A stretch of 32,000 nucleotides of DNA from Candidatus Saccharimonadota bacterium (GCA_020160975.1 JAIUPJ010000001.1:420001-452000); one strand, 5' to 3'. Positions 24,754-32,000 are shown, numbered from the stretch's first letter. A program made the numbers and translations. Notes: a model not told the origin generated them from the letters alone.

Positions 24754-26391
24754 TTACAATCGATTTGGTGCCACAATGCCGAGCACCGTCAGTCCGGCCT
24801 GCAGCGTATCGGCATACTGGGCCACCAGGGCGGCGCGATGCGCTTCCTGATCACTCCCAACCACTTGATTGTTTTCGTAATAGCGGTTGAATTCTTGTGC
24901 CAATTCAAACAGATACGCACAAATATGATGCGGCTCGAGTGTATTCATCGCGAGATTCATCATATCAGCATACTCGGTCATTTTGCGCACCAGTGGACGA
25001 TCTTCGTCATGCAGCTCATCCAAGGCACCGACGCTTTGTACCTTATCGAGAATACTGCGCGCTCTGGCATGCGCGTACTGCAAATAGCTTCCCGTGTTGC
25101 CCGTCAGGCTCACCGCGTCGCCAATATTAAACACCACGTCCCCACCAATCTTCACCTTCAGAAATTGGTAGCGTAATGCTCCCGCCACAATTTGATCGCT
25201 GGCTTCCCCGCCACGCACTTCGATGGCTTTTTTAAATTCATCAAATAGCCACTCAATCGTCACCACGTCGCCAGTTCGTGAGCTCATTTTTCCCGTCGAC
25301 AATTTCACGAGGCCAGTCGGAATGTTCACTAGCTTGCCTTTCATCTCAGGCAGTATCAGTTCCGTCGCTGCAATCACACCCTTGAAGTACGCACCCTGCT
25401 CATTGCCCGTCACGACAATACACTGGCTCAGCGCCGGGAAGTCCGCTGCCTTGAGCTGAATCAACCCCATGTCGCGCGCCGCATACAGTCCACGGCCATT
25501 GCTACCAACAAACACATTGTCAAACGAGCCGTGCTTACTCCCCTCAAAAATCAATGCGCCGTTTGATTCAGTAAAGATGTCTGGCACATGTTCGCGCACC
25601 GTCTTCACTCCCACTGGGTCAGCTTCGCTTTCAAAATACCGCTTTTCGATTTGCACATTGCCAAGCCGCTTTACATTGGCATCAATCTGTCGAAAGCTCC
25701 AGTCAAATACCACGTCATACACTGTCTTGTAGAGTGGGTCCTTGCGCTCAAACGACTGTTTCGCCAGCTCATCAATCTCCGTCTTGGCCGATTCGTCTTC
25801 CTTGTAGACACGCGCACCCTCGGCATACATTTTGCCCATAAACGCATTGCGCTCTGCTTCCGGCACCTCGGCCAGCTTTGCCACATCTCCCTGAACGTAT
25901 CGCAACAATGCCCACATACTTTTTCCCACATGCGCACCGACATCGCCATGATAGCTGACGCGTTTTACCGCAGCACCACTCACCGCCAAGAGATTTGCCA
26001 TCGTATCGGCCACAATCGCGTTATAGGCATGCCCGATGTGCATCGGTTTAAACGGATTTGGGTTGTTGGTCTCAATCACTACCGTCTGGCCACGACGCGT
26101 CGCGCCTGGCTCTTCAGCCAGCAGCCTCAGTAGTGTCGGATCGCTCAGCCGAATATTGATAAATCCCGGACCGGCCACAGTCACGTTCGCGATATCTTCG
26201 TGCGTCCGCAACTCTTCCGCGATTGTTTCGGCGATCTCACGAGGATTCTTGCCAACCGTTTTTGCCAATTGCATGGCGACATTTGTCGCCGCGTCGCCAA
26301 ATTGCGCATCTGGCCGCTCCAGTGTCACTGGTTGCGTCACACCAAACAGCTCGCGTACCACTGATTCAATCAACAAAGAAATAGACTCCAT
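24754..26391 (-). CDS. argS: Arginine--tRNA ligase
   Basis: Class I signatures PMHIGHAYN (HIGH) and GKMSSRTG (KMSKS variant); a DALR-type anticodon-binding end is present. Start taken at ATG 26391 (MESISLLIESV...). The 51 extra codons in the track ORF look non-coding (Cys-rich junk). Confidence 0.95.
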   Translation of the reverse strand: MESISLLIESVVRELFGVTQPVTLERPDAQFGDAATNVAMQLAKTVGKNPREIAETIAEELRTHEDIANVTVAGPGFINIRLSDPTLLRLLAEEPGATRRGQTVVIETNNPNPFKPMHIGHAYNAIVADTMANLLAVSGAAVKRVSYHGDVGAHVGKSMWALLRYVQGDVAKLAEVPEAERNAFMGKMYAEGARVYKEDESAKTEIDELAKQSFERKDPLYKTVYDVVFDWSFRQIDANVKRLGNVQIEKRYFESEADPVGVKTVREHVPDIFTESNGALIFEGSKHGSFDNVFVGSNGRGLYAARDMGLIQLKAADFPALSQCIVVTGNEQGAYFKGVIAATELILPEMKGKLVNIPTGLVKLSTGKMSSRTGDVVTIEWLFDEFKKAIEVRGGEASDQIVAGALRYQFLKVKIGGDVVFNIGDAVSLTGNTGSYLQYAHARARSILDKVQSVGALDELHDEDRPLVRKMTEYADMMNLAMNTLEPHHICAYLFELAQEFNRYYENNQVVGSDQEAHRAALVAQYADTLQAGLTVLGIVAPNRL

Positions 26392-26446
26392 ACTAAAGTC
26401 TATTGTAACACCGGTGACTAGCGCTGCCCAAATGGACGGTGACGAA

Positions 26447-26602
26447 TTATTCTTCGTCAAACTGCAACACATCTGGCTGGCTATACGGAGCGACCGGCAA
26501 AATACCACGGCTATGCTCACTTTGTAGCACTTCGCGTAGCACATCCATGTCGTCTGCTGTCAGCGTATCTGAGATCATTTCTGTTTGTTTTTCTTCTGCC
26601 AT
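26447..26602 (-). CDS. Possible small acidic protein (51 aa), unannotated
   Basis: Below the track length cut-off. ATG 26602 to TAA 26447 gives MAEEKQTEMISDTLTADDMDVLREVLQSEHSRGILPVAPYSQPDVLQFDEE. It is preceded by TGCTAATAT-N6-ATG, the same promoter/leaderless layout seen at other genes. It fills the pyrG-argS gap. Confidence 0.35.
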   Translation of the reverse strand: MAEEKQTEMISDTLTADDMDVLREVLQSEHSRGILPVAPYSQPDVLQFDEE

Positions 26603-26633
26603 ACTTACATATTAGCATAAACACTATAAAAAG

Positions 26634-28214
26634 TCAAGATTGAGCGGCGCGGATGAGGCCGAGGAAGAGCGGGTGTGGGCGAGTCGGGCGGGAGCGAAAT
26701 TCGGGGTGAGCTTGGGTGGCGATGAAATAGGGGTGGTCGCTCGCCTCAACAAATTCCACTAATTTGCCATCAGGACTCGCGCCGCTGATGACCAGGCCGC
26801 CGCGCTCGATTGCTTCGCGGTATTTCTGGTTGACTTCATAGCGGTGGCGGTGGCGCTCGACGATGTCTTGCTCACCGTAGACCGTATGTGCCAGCGAATT
26901 GGCTGCCAGATGCGCCGGGTAGTCACCGAGCCGCAAGGTACCACCGGTCGACTCCTTGCCCTCTTGACCTTCCATGATGTAGACCACGGGATGCGGCGTA
27001 CTCTCATCGAATTCTGTGCTATTTGCACCTTCTAGCCCTGCCTTGCGAGCAGCAGCTATCACGGCCACCTGTAACCCAAGACAAATGCCCAGATACGGCT
27101 TGTTGTGACTGAGGGCATAGTTGGCCGCCGCAATCTTACCTTCGACACCACGCACACCAAAGCCGCCCGGCACCAAAATAGCATCAACCGCCGACAGCGC
27201 CTCTTCATTCACCTCTTCAGCACTTATCCACTCTATCCTGAGCCCCACACCTTCACTCCACGCCGCCGCTTTGAGCGCTTCGAGTACAGAGATATACGTA
27301 TCTTCATTGTCCATGTATTTTGCAATCAAACCGACTGTTATCGTCTGCTCTTTTGGCGCTTGCTGGCGCTTCACCAAGTCGTGCCACTTGCTGAGATCTG
27401 GTTTGTTGTGGTTACCCGTAAATTTCTCGAGGATTGGCGCCAGCGAACTCTCAGCCACGATGCCAGGTATCTTAAAGACACTGTCGACATTTGGCATCAT
27501 CAGCACCGCACCTTCTTCCACACCGCCAAACATCGCGATTTTACTCCGAATTGCCTTGGGAGCTGGCTCGTCAGTCCGCACCACGACAACGTCAGGCACG
27601 ATACCAAAGCCACGCAAATCATTGAGTGCATTTTGAGCAGGCTTACTCTTGAACTCTTTGCTGGTGCCAATAAACGGGACGTAGACCACATGAATATAGA
27701 GTGAATTCTCGCGCCCTACGCGACGACCAAATTCACGAATCGCCTCCACGAAACTAAGCCCCTCGTAGTCACCGACCGTCCCGCCAATCTCAACAATGTG
27801 AACATCACTTCCCTGGCTTGCTTCTACAATTGATTCCATGATCGCTCCTGTCAAATGTGGCACCAACTGTATTGTTTTGCCGCCAAACTTCCCTGCGCGC
27901 TCATCAGCAATTAAATCACGCAGTAGTCGCCCGCTCAGCGTGGCGCTCTTTTTTGTAAATTCGTCGTCGAGAAATCGCTCGTAGTGCCCTAGATCGAGGT
28001 CGGTCTCAGCCCCGTCTTTCGTCACAAAGCACTCTCCGTGCTCCGCAGGATTCAAAAGACCCGCATCCACATTGAGATACGGGTCGCATTTTTGAATAGA
28101 AACAGACAGGCCCTTGGCCTTCAGCACCGCGCCGATGCTCGCCGCTGTGATGCCCTTTCCTACCCCAGAAAGCACACCCCCTGTTACAAAAATATATCGT
28201 GTCTGTTTACCCAT
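26634..28214 (-). CDS. pyrG: CTP synthase
   Basis: 526 aa. The N-terminal synthetase reads YIFVTGGVLSGVGKGITAAS. The C-terminal class I glutamine amidotransferase has GICLGLQ (catalytic Cys) and HPEF. Strong SD GGAGGGGG upstream. Confidence 0.97.
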   Translation of the reverse strand: MGKQTRYIFVTGGVLSGVGKGITAASIGAVLKAKGLSVSIQKCDPYLNVDAGLLNPAEHGECFVTKDGAETDLDLGHYERFLDDEFTKKSATLSGRLLRDLIADERAGKFGGKTIQLVPHLTGAIMESIVEASQGSDVHIVEIGGTVGDYEGLSFVEAIREFGRRVGRENSLYIHVVYVPFIGTSKEFKSKPAQNALNDLRGFGIVPDVVVVRTDEPAPKAIRSKIAMFGGVEEGAVLMMPNVDSVFKIPGIVAESSLAPILEKFTGNHNKPDLSKWHDLVKRQQAPKEQTITVGLIAKYMDNEDTYISVLEALKAAAWSEGVGLRIEWISAEEVNEEALSAVDAILVPGGFGVRGVEGKIAAANYALSHNKPYLGICLGLQVAVIAAARKAGLEGANSTEFDESTPHPVVYIMEGQEGKESTGGTLRLGDYPAHLAANSLAHTVYGEQDIVERHRHRYEVNQKYREAIERGGLVISGASPDGKLVEFVEASDHPYFIATQAHPEFRSRPTRPHPLFLGLIRAAQS

Positions 28215-28240
28215 GTGTGGTTTCCCCCTCCATGGAATTT

Positions 28241-28249
28241 CAGTATACC
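28241..28249 (-). promoter_or_regulatory. Extended -10 promoter TGGTATACT for pyrG (here followed by a ~20-nt leader with GGAGGGGG SD)
   Basis: Minus strand reads TGGTATACT-gaaattccatGGAGGGGGaaaccacac-ATG(28214). Confidence 0.5.
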
Positions 28250-28453
28250 ATGTAAGAAATCACCTACGCTAGATGTAGCGTAGTATGTTGTGTATTCTAC
28301 TCTAGGTGTAGCGGAGAGTCTCAAAGACGCGGTGCTCGCCATGAGCGCATCGATGGTTCATACTTTCATTATCACCTCTTACGCACTTGCAGACAAGGGT
28401 CTTTTTCACCACATTTATTATGACACCACCTTACCTACGACAGCGCCCATGTG

Positions 28454-29671
28454 TTACGTTGTCATCATGACAAGCAGCGCCGCATTCAGCACCACACAAA
28501 GTGCCACGATTACCATGGCTGCGCGGCTGAGCCATGGTGCATTGACGTGACTCCCCATCACTTGTCGGCTGCGGGTCAATAGCAACAACGGGATCAGCGC
28601 AAACGGAATGCCAAACGACAATGCTGCCTGCGAAATCAGTAACGTAACAGTGGGATCAGCCCCAATCAAAAGTAGCCCGAGCGCCGGAAGAATCGTGATG
28701 AGTCGCCGCACAAAAAGACTGAGGTTTTTGTCATAGAGTCCCGACATGATTGCCGCCCCCGCCTGCGAGCCGACTGCTGTCGATGCAAATCCCGATAGTA
28801 ATAATCCCAGTGCAAATAATGTCGCTATGCCTCCGCCCGCAATCTGCTGGATGCTGTGGTAAATCTGCTCCAGTGTTTCGCTCGGCGCGCCCTGCAAACT
28901 ACTAGCTGCAAACAGTAGCATACTGATATTGACCACTCCCGCAAATGCCAGTGCCACAACAATATCAACCCGCGTCGCCCTCAGTAGCTCAGGAATAGCT
29001 CGTTTGTGGCGCCCTAAAAATCGGTCACGGGACAGCGCCGAGTGCAAATACACCACATGAGGCATGACGGTCGCACCCAACATTGCCACTGCCAACAATA
29101 CCGTGTCCCGGCCAGCCAATTGCGGTACCAGACCGGATACCATATCGTTGATAGCTGGCGGGTGTTGCGCGAGGCCAACAAAAAATCCAAGCGGCAAGAG
29201 CAGCAGCATACCAATAATAATTCGCTCGAACAAAACCTGCTCTCTGCGCGTATAAAGCAAGAGGAGAAGCATCGACACTATGCCAGTCAACACGCCACCA
29301 AGTGGCAATGGGATGCCAAACAGCAAATAGAGTGCCAATGCTCCGCCGACCACCTCTGCGATATCGGTCGCAATCGCCACCGATTCGGCCTGCAGCCAGT
29401 ACATAAATCGCCATTTGCCTATCAATCGCTCGCCGAGCAGTTCGGGTAACGATTTCCCTGTCACGATACCGAGTCGTGCCGACAAATATTGCACTACCAT
29501 GGCCATACCGTTTGCCACTACCAGCACCCATAGCAGCAAATATCCGTGCTGCGCACCGGCACTAAAGTTTGCCGCAAAGTTCCCCGGATCAACATAGGCC
29601 ACCGCCGCCACAAAGGCCGGGCCAAGCAAATGAATGATCCGTCGACTTGTGATTCTACGCGCTGCCAACAT
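28454..29671 (-). CDS. mntH: Nramp-family divalent metal (Mn2+/Fe2+):H+ symporter
   Basis: LGPAFVAAVAYVDPGNFAANF (DPGN motif) and about 11 TM helices across 405 aa, starting from ATG 29671. The longer track ORF (29749) would overlap the upstream gene by 95 nt. Confidence 0.9.
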   Translation of the reverse strand: MLAARRITSRRIIHLLGPAFVAAVAYVDPGNFAANFSAGAQHGYLLLWVLVVANGMAMVVQYLSARLGIVTGKSLPELLGERLIGKWRFMYWLQAESVAIATDIAEVVGGALALYLLFGIPLPLGGVLTGIVSMLLLLLYTRREQVLFERIIIGMLLLLPLGFFVGLAQHPPAINDMVSGLVPQLAGRDTVLLAVAMLGATVMPHVVYLHSALSRDRFLGRHKRAIPELLRATRVDIVVALAFAGVVNISMLLFAASSLQGAPSETLEQIYHSIQQIAGGGIATLFALGLLLSGFASTAVGSQAGAAIMSGLYDKNLSLFVRRLITILPALGLLLIGADPTVTLLISQAALSFGIPFALIPLLLLTRSRQVMGSHVNAPWLSRAAMVIVALCVVLNAALLVMMTT

Positions 29672-30257
29672 ATTTTTGCGCCAGAGGCAGGGTGATGGTA
29701 CGCGTAATATCAGCTCCCCGTGAAAGAGCCGCGATCGGTCGATATTCATATCCGACGTGGATCAGTCTGGCGCCCCGTTTTTTTGCCTGCTGAAGAGCGG
29801 GAAGGAGATCGGTATCGGCACTAACGATAACGAGTTCTGTGTCCTCGCTCGCCTCCACGACGGCACGTACCGCCAAACCGACGTCAACGCCTTTCTCAGT
29901 CAATTTCCAGCTCGCGTGCTGACATTGTTGGCATGGATCAAGTTCGCGCGCACGCAGGTATCCTACCTTAATGAACTGGATTTTTTGCTGCTGAATGTGA
30001 TTCATGAACTTTGCCTGATTACGAATATACCGTTCAGACTTCTCGCGCAGTTCGTCGGTCATGTCATACCGCTGCAGGCGTGCCCCAAACCAGAGAATCT
30101 CGACGGGCTTGTTGTCGCTAAGGAGCTCTTCGAGCAGTCCGCGAAAATCAAAGGCCTGAATGATCTCACGTGCAGCGCGCTTTCCTTGCGCATCAGCAAG
30201 AAGTGTCCGTATACCATACACGAGATTTTCGCCATCGATCAACACCACTCGTCTCAT
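29655..30257 (-). CDS. NYN-domain (LabA/DUF88-like, PIN-fold) protein, putative RNase
   Basis: MRRVVLIDGENL ... EKGVDVGLAVRAV ... LVIVSADTDLLPALQQAKKRG are the conserved acidic motifs of the NYN/LabA family. Start taken at ATG 30257 (alt TTG 30275). It overlaps the mntH start by 17 nt. Confidence 0.8.
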   Translation of the reverse strand: MRRVVLIDGENLVYGIRTLLADAQGKRAAREIIQAFDFRGLLEELLSDNKPVEILWFGARLQRYDMTDELREKSERYIRNQAKFMNHIQQQKIQFIKVGYLRARELDPCQQCQHASWKLTEKGVDVGLAVRAVVEASEDTELVIVSADTDLLPALQQAKKRGARLIHVGYEYRPIAALSRGADITRTITLPLAQKYVGSA

Positions 30258-30319
30258 CTTTACATCATACAACAAAAGACCTCGCGAGGACCGAAATCCA
30301 AGCGAGGTGCTGTACCTGT

Positions 30320-30348
30320 ATTGTACCGTATCATAAACGATGCGTCAA
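30320..30348 (-). promoter_or_regulatory. Sigma-70-type promoter for the NYN-mntH operon: TTGACG-17 nt-TACAAT
   Basis: Minus strand: -35 TTGACG (30348-30343), a 17-nt spacer and -10 TACAAT (30325-30320). It is followed by a leader hairpin ACCTCGC...GCGAGGT and TCTTTTGTTGT (30276-30312). Confidence 0.5.
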
Positions 30349-30540
30349 CATTGCAATAATCATTTGTCAATAGCAGTAGCGTTATATCTCTGTTATGCTT
30401 CATCTCTTTGATGACAATAACACAACATAGGATAACGTCTACCCATAAGTATGAAAAATCATAGTTGACAATCTAATGATTTGCAATCATAAGAACTATC
30501 CCTGCGCTGCCCTTTTCGTAGCGATCGAACTAGCTACTTG

Positions 30541-30583
30541 TGTGATGAATATCACAGACCATCAGAGTCGGCGGGGGTATACT
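30541..30583 (+). promoter_or_regulatory. CRP/FNR-type palindrome TGTGA-tgaata-TCACA (30541-30556) centred ~41.5 nt upstream of the predicted start site of a TATACT (30578-30583) promoter
   Basis: A perfect match to both half-sites of the TGTGA-N6-TCACA consensus, and the only such site in the window. The promoter has no recognisable -35 or TG extension, as expected for an activator-dependent class II promoter. Confidence 0.45.
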
Positions 30584-30606
30584 AAGAAGCACAAAGGAGG
30601 TGGAAG

Positions 30607-30708
30607 ATGAATACAGATAATCAAGAAACCCCACCAGATAGCGGCGAAGTTCGGTCGTGTAATTGCTGCAAGTGTTGCACTTGCAATGACGGATGCGACT
30701 GCAAATAG
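30607..30708 (+). CDS. Unannotated 33-aa cysteine-rich peptide (metallothionein-like or RiPP-precursor-like)
   Basis: Below the track cut-off. AAAGGAGGTG SD sits 4 nt before ATG 30607; the stop is TAG 30706-30708. Translation is MNTDNQETPPDSGEVRSCNCCKCCTCNDGCDCK, with 8 Cys in the last 16 residues. It has its own promoter and a strong terminator. Confidence 0.6.
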   Translation: MNTDNQETPPDSGEVRSCNCCKCCTCNDGCDCK

Positions 30709-30741
30709 TTCACTCTGCACTAGAGTGCACCCTCGCAATAA

Positions 30742-30770
30742 TACACGGCCTACCTAGGTCGTGTATTTTT
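30742..30770 (+). terminator. Rho-independent terminator after the Cys-rich ORF (also faces the convergent CYTH gene)
   Basis: CACGGCCTA-cc-TAGGTCGTG (9-11 bp including one G-U) followed by TATTTTT. It is preceded by a smaller hairpin CACTCT-gcact-AGAGTG (30711-30727). Confidence 0.65.
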
Positions 30771-30778
30771 ATGTATCG

Positions 30779-31366
30779 CTATAACGCCGCACCAAATTCC
30801 TGCGGAACCGGGTCGTCAAACCGTACCAGCGGAATGTCGATAACGCCGCGCACGGACATAGCTGGATAGACCATTCGGTACACCACATCCACACCGCCAA
30901 ATACCGCCTCATCCCAGCTGAATCCAAGTATTGCCGCGGCCTCGCGGATAGAGGCTTCGTTGTCACCCTCGATTTCTATATACGGAGGCATCCAGGGCCA
31001 TACATCGATCACCACCTCAACATCCCCAAGCTTCCAGGTTTCGCGACGCGACTCTTGGTAGGTGTGAAAAATCATGCCACTGGCTTCCAGTAGTGCCTTA
31101 GTAGCATCAAAATCATCCACGGTTGTTTCAATCTCGTTCGCCGCCTCGATGCCAGTTTTTAAATGCTGCTTGTAGGTAAGCGTCACTTTGTTTCCCTCAT
31201 CGCGTAGGCGCAAAAAAGCATCCTTTGCCGCCATGTCAGGAGTTTCCATCAGTGCACGGCGCATCAATCGCATCGGCTGCTCGCACACCGCGCCAGCAGC
31301 AAGCAGACGCTGCTGGATCGCATCAATAGTAATATTGATGAACTTTACTTCGATTTCCGTCTTCAT
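30779..31366 (-). CDS. CYTH-domain protein (class IV adenylyl cyclase CyaB / triphosphate tunnel metalloenzyme family)
   Basis: The N-terminal ExExK signature is MKTEIEVKF. It is followed by FLRLRDEGNKVTLTYK, ANEIETTV and YIEIEG, typical of the CYTH beta-barrel. 195 aa; the start is 4 nt after the nrdB stop. Confidence 0.85.
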   Translation of the reverse strand: MKTEIEVKFINITIDAIQQRLLAAGAVCEQPMRLMRRALMETPDMAAKDAFLRLRDEGNKVTLTYKQHLKTGIEAANEIETTVDDFDATKALLEASGMIFHTYQESRRETWKLGDVEVVIDVWPWMPPYIEIEGDNEASIREAAAILGFSWDEAVFGGVDVVYRMVYPAMSVRGVIDIPLVRFDDPVPQEFGAAL

Positions 31367-31369
31367 ATA

Positions 31370-32000
31370 CTATTTGTCATCGTTCTCGGCTGGCTCGTTC
31401 TCGGTGCCATCACTCGTTTCTTTGAGCTTTGCCTCGGCGTTACCGGCATTGACTTCGTAACTCGTGTTAGTACTTTCAAAGAAGTTAACCAGCTCATAAG
31501 TATCATTGGCCGTCGCCATCCATTTTGCAGGATTAGAGACATTGTAGTGCGGCTCAAATCCGAGCTCCTCGAGACGGCGGTCGGTTAAGTACTTCACATA
31601 CTGGTTAATGTAGTCAGCGTTGAGGCCCAGAATACCATTTGGCAGCAATGCACGGTTATACTCTTCCTCCATCGCCACGCCGTCAAGAATCATTTGCTTA
31701 ATCTCCGCGGCAAATTCCTCATCTTGCAAATCTTCGTTTTCTTCGATCGTAGTCAAAATCAGGTTGATGCCGAACTTGAGATGGAGCGACTCGTCACGCA
31801 CGATCCAGTCAATCAAGCTGCCGAAGTTACGTAACAGATTTCGTTGTCGGAAACTGAGCGCAACCATAAAGCCACTATAGAACCAGATGCCTTCAAGAAT
31901 AATATTGTACGCAACCAAGTTACGGATGAAGTCTTTTTTGCCATCAGTCGTGGTGATGTCCATCGTGTCTTCTGTCATGCGACGGATAAATTTGGTCTCA
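31370..32000 (-). CDS. nrdB: Ribonucleotide reductase class I beta subunit (R2), C-terminal part; gene continues past right window edge
   Basis: ILEGIWFYSGF ... WIVRDESLHLKFGINL (di-iron E-x-x-H helix) ... NFFE...YE, then an acidic C-terminal tail. The frame stays open from 31978 to base 32000 (ETKFIRRMTED...), so the track Met is internal. Confidence 0.9.
   Translation of the reverse strand, partial: ETKFIRRMTEDTMDITTTDGKKDFIRNLVAYNIILEGIWFYSGFMVALSFRQRNLLRNFGSLIDWIVRDESLHLKFGINLILTTIEENEDLQDEEFAAEIKQMILDGVAMEEEYNRALLPNGILGLNADYINQYVKYLTDRRLEELGFEPHYNVSNPAKWMATANDTYELVNFFESTNTSYEVNAGNAEAKLKETSDGTENEPAENDDK

Noticed and set aside
26392-26544. N-terminal extensions of several track ORFs: argS to 26544, HAD to 6071, kinase from 14403, mntH to 29749, LMW phosphatase to 9693.
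   Set aside because: In each case a downstream ATG gives the canonical family N-terminus, removes an overlap with the neighbouring gene, and is accompanied by a start signal. The extensions have implausible sequences.
28290-28550. 86-aa plus-strand ORF in the pyrG-mntH gap.
   Set aside because: It has no SD or promoter-ATG arrangement. It runs into the mntH 3' end on the opposite strand and has low-complexity Thr/Ser/Ala composition. The region is better explained by the pyrG promoter and repeat elements.
921-29597. Dozens of 60-180-aa track ORFs nested in or antisense to the long genes, for example 921-1163, 1709-2059, 2470-2866, 7021-7447, 11497-12030, 13064-13456, 15618-16361, 17119-17571, 20889-21427, 25588-26133, 27105-27704 and 29025-29531.
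   Set aside because: They lie entirely within well-supported genes with recognisable domains. Their compositions are skewed (Arg/Ser/Cys/His-rich), typical of out-of-frame translation. None has a start-site signal (SD or -10-N6-7-ATG).
30360-30540. Possible small RNA or mini-ORFs (MLHLFDDNNTT, MKNHS) in the AT-rich 330-nt intergenic region. This includes a TTGACA (30465-70)-17-CATAAG promoter-like element.
   Set aside because: The mini-ORFs lack SDs. No convincing stable structure or terminator delimits an sRNA. The promoter-like element is kept only as an alternative start site for the Cys-rich ORF transcript.
30607-30770. Cys-rich ORF as a cysteine-sensing transcription-attenuation leader peptide (by analogy with his/trp/phe leaders), given the hairpins that follow it.
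   Set aside because: There is no co-directional downstream gene to regulate. The next gene (CYTH) is convergent, and the hairpin-T-tract is a plain terminator.
1-32000. Scan for tRNA/rRNA genes, insertion sequences, integrases, prophage boundaries or long terminal or inverted repeats.
   Set aside because: No cloverleaf-like sequences appear in the few intergenic gaps. No transposase, recombinase-like ORFs or flanking repeats were seen.

Overview
Dense chromosomal window, about 90% coding, with almost all genes on the minus strand and many 1-35 nt gene overlaps. I found no rRNA, tRNA, CRISPR array, transposase or integrase. The core is housekeeping: polA, rpoD, dnaG, orn, an HrpA-like DEAH helicase, mscL, argS, pyrG, mntH, partial nrdB, and a run of small overlapping nucleotide-housekeeping genes (Nudix hydrolase, two SAM methyltransferases, LMW phosphatase, dut). 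About 50% GC, the compact overlapping operons and Gram-positive-type surface proteins suggest a reduced-genome Patescibacteria/Saccharibacteria-like bacterium; this is a weak inference that cannot be verified here. Main observations: (1) bases 1-5364 hold a six-gene cluster of secreted or membrane-anchored proteins whose architecture recalls WxL/Csc cell-surface-complex clusters but is divergent. (2) An unannotated 33-aa ORF at 30607-30708 has 8 Cys in its last 16 residues, a perfect Shine-Dalgarno, its own terminator, and a perfect TGTGA-N6-TCACA (CRP-type) palindrome at about -41.5 of its promoter; it lies next to a CYTH (CyaB-like) gene and mntH. (3) A triplicated GC-rich hairpin/SD-mimic repeat of about 67 nt sits in the dnaG upstream region. 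(4) dut carries a 1-nt frameshift. (5) DnaG has lost all four zinc-finger ligands. (6) A recurrent extended -10 (TGGTATACT-like) lies 6-7 nt upstream of ATG at about 10 genes, implying widespread leaderless mRNAs. All domain calls rest on motif recognition by eye; no searches were run.
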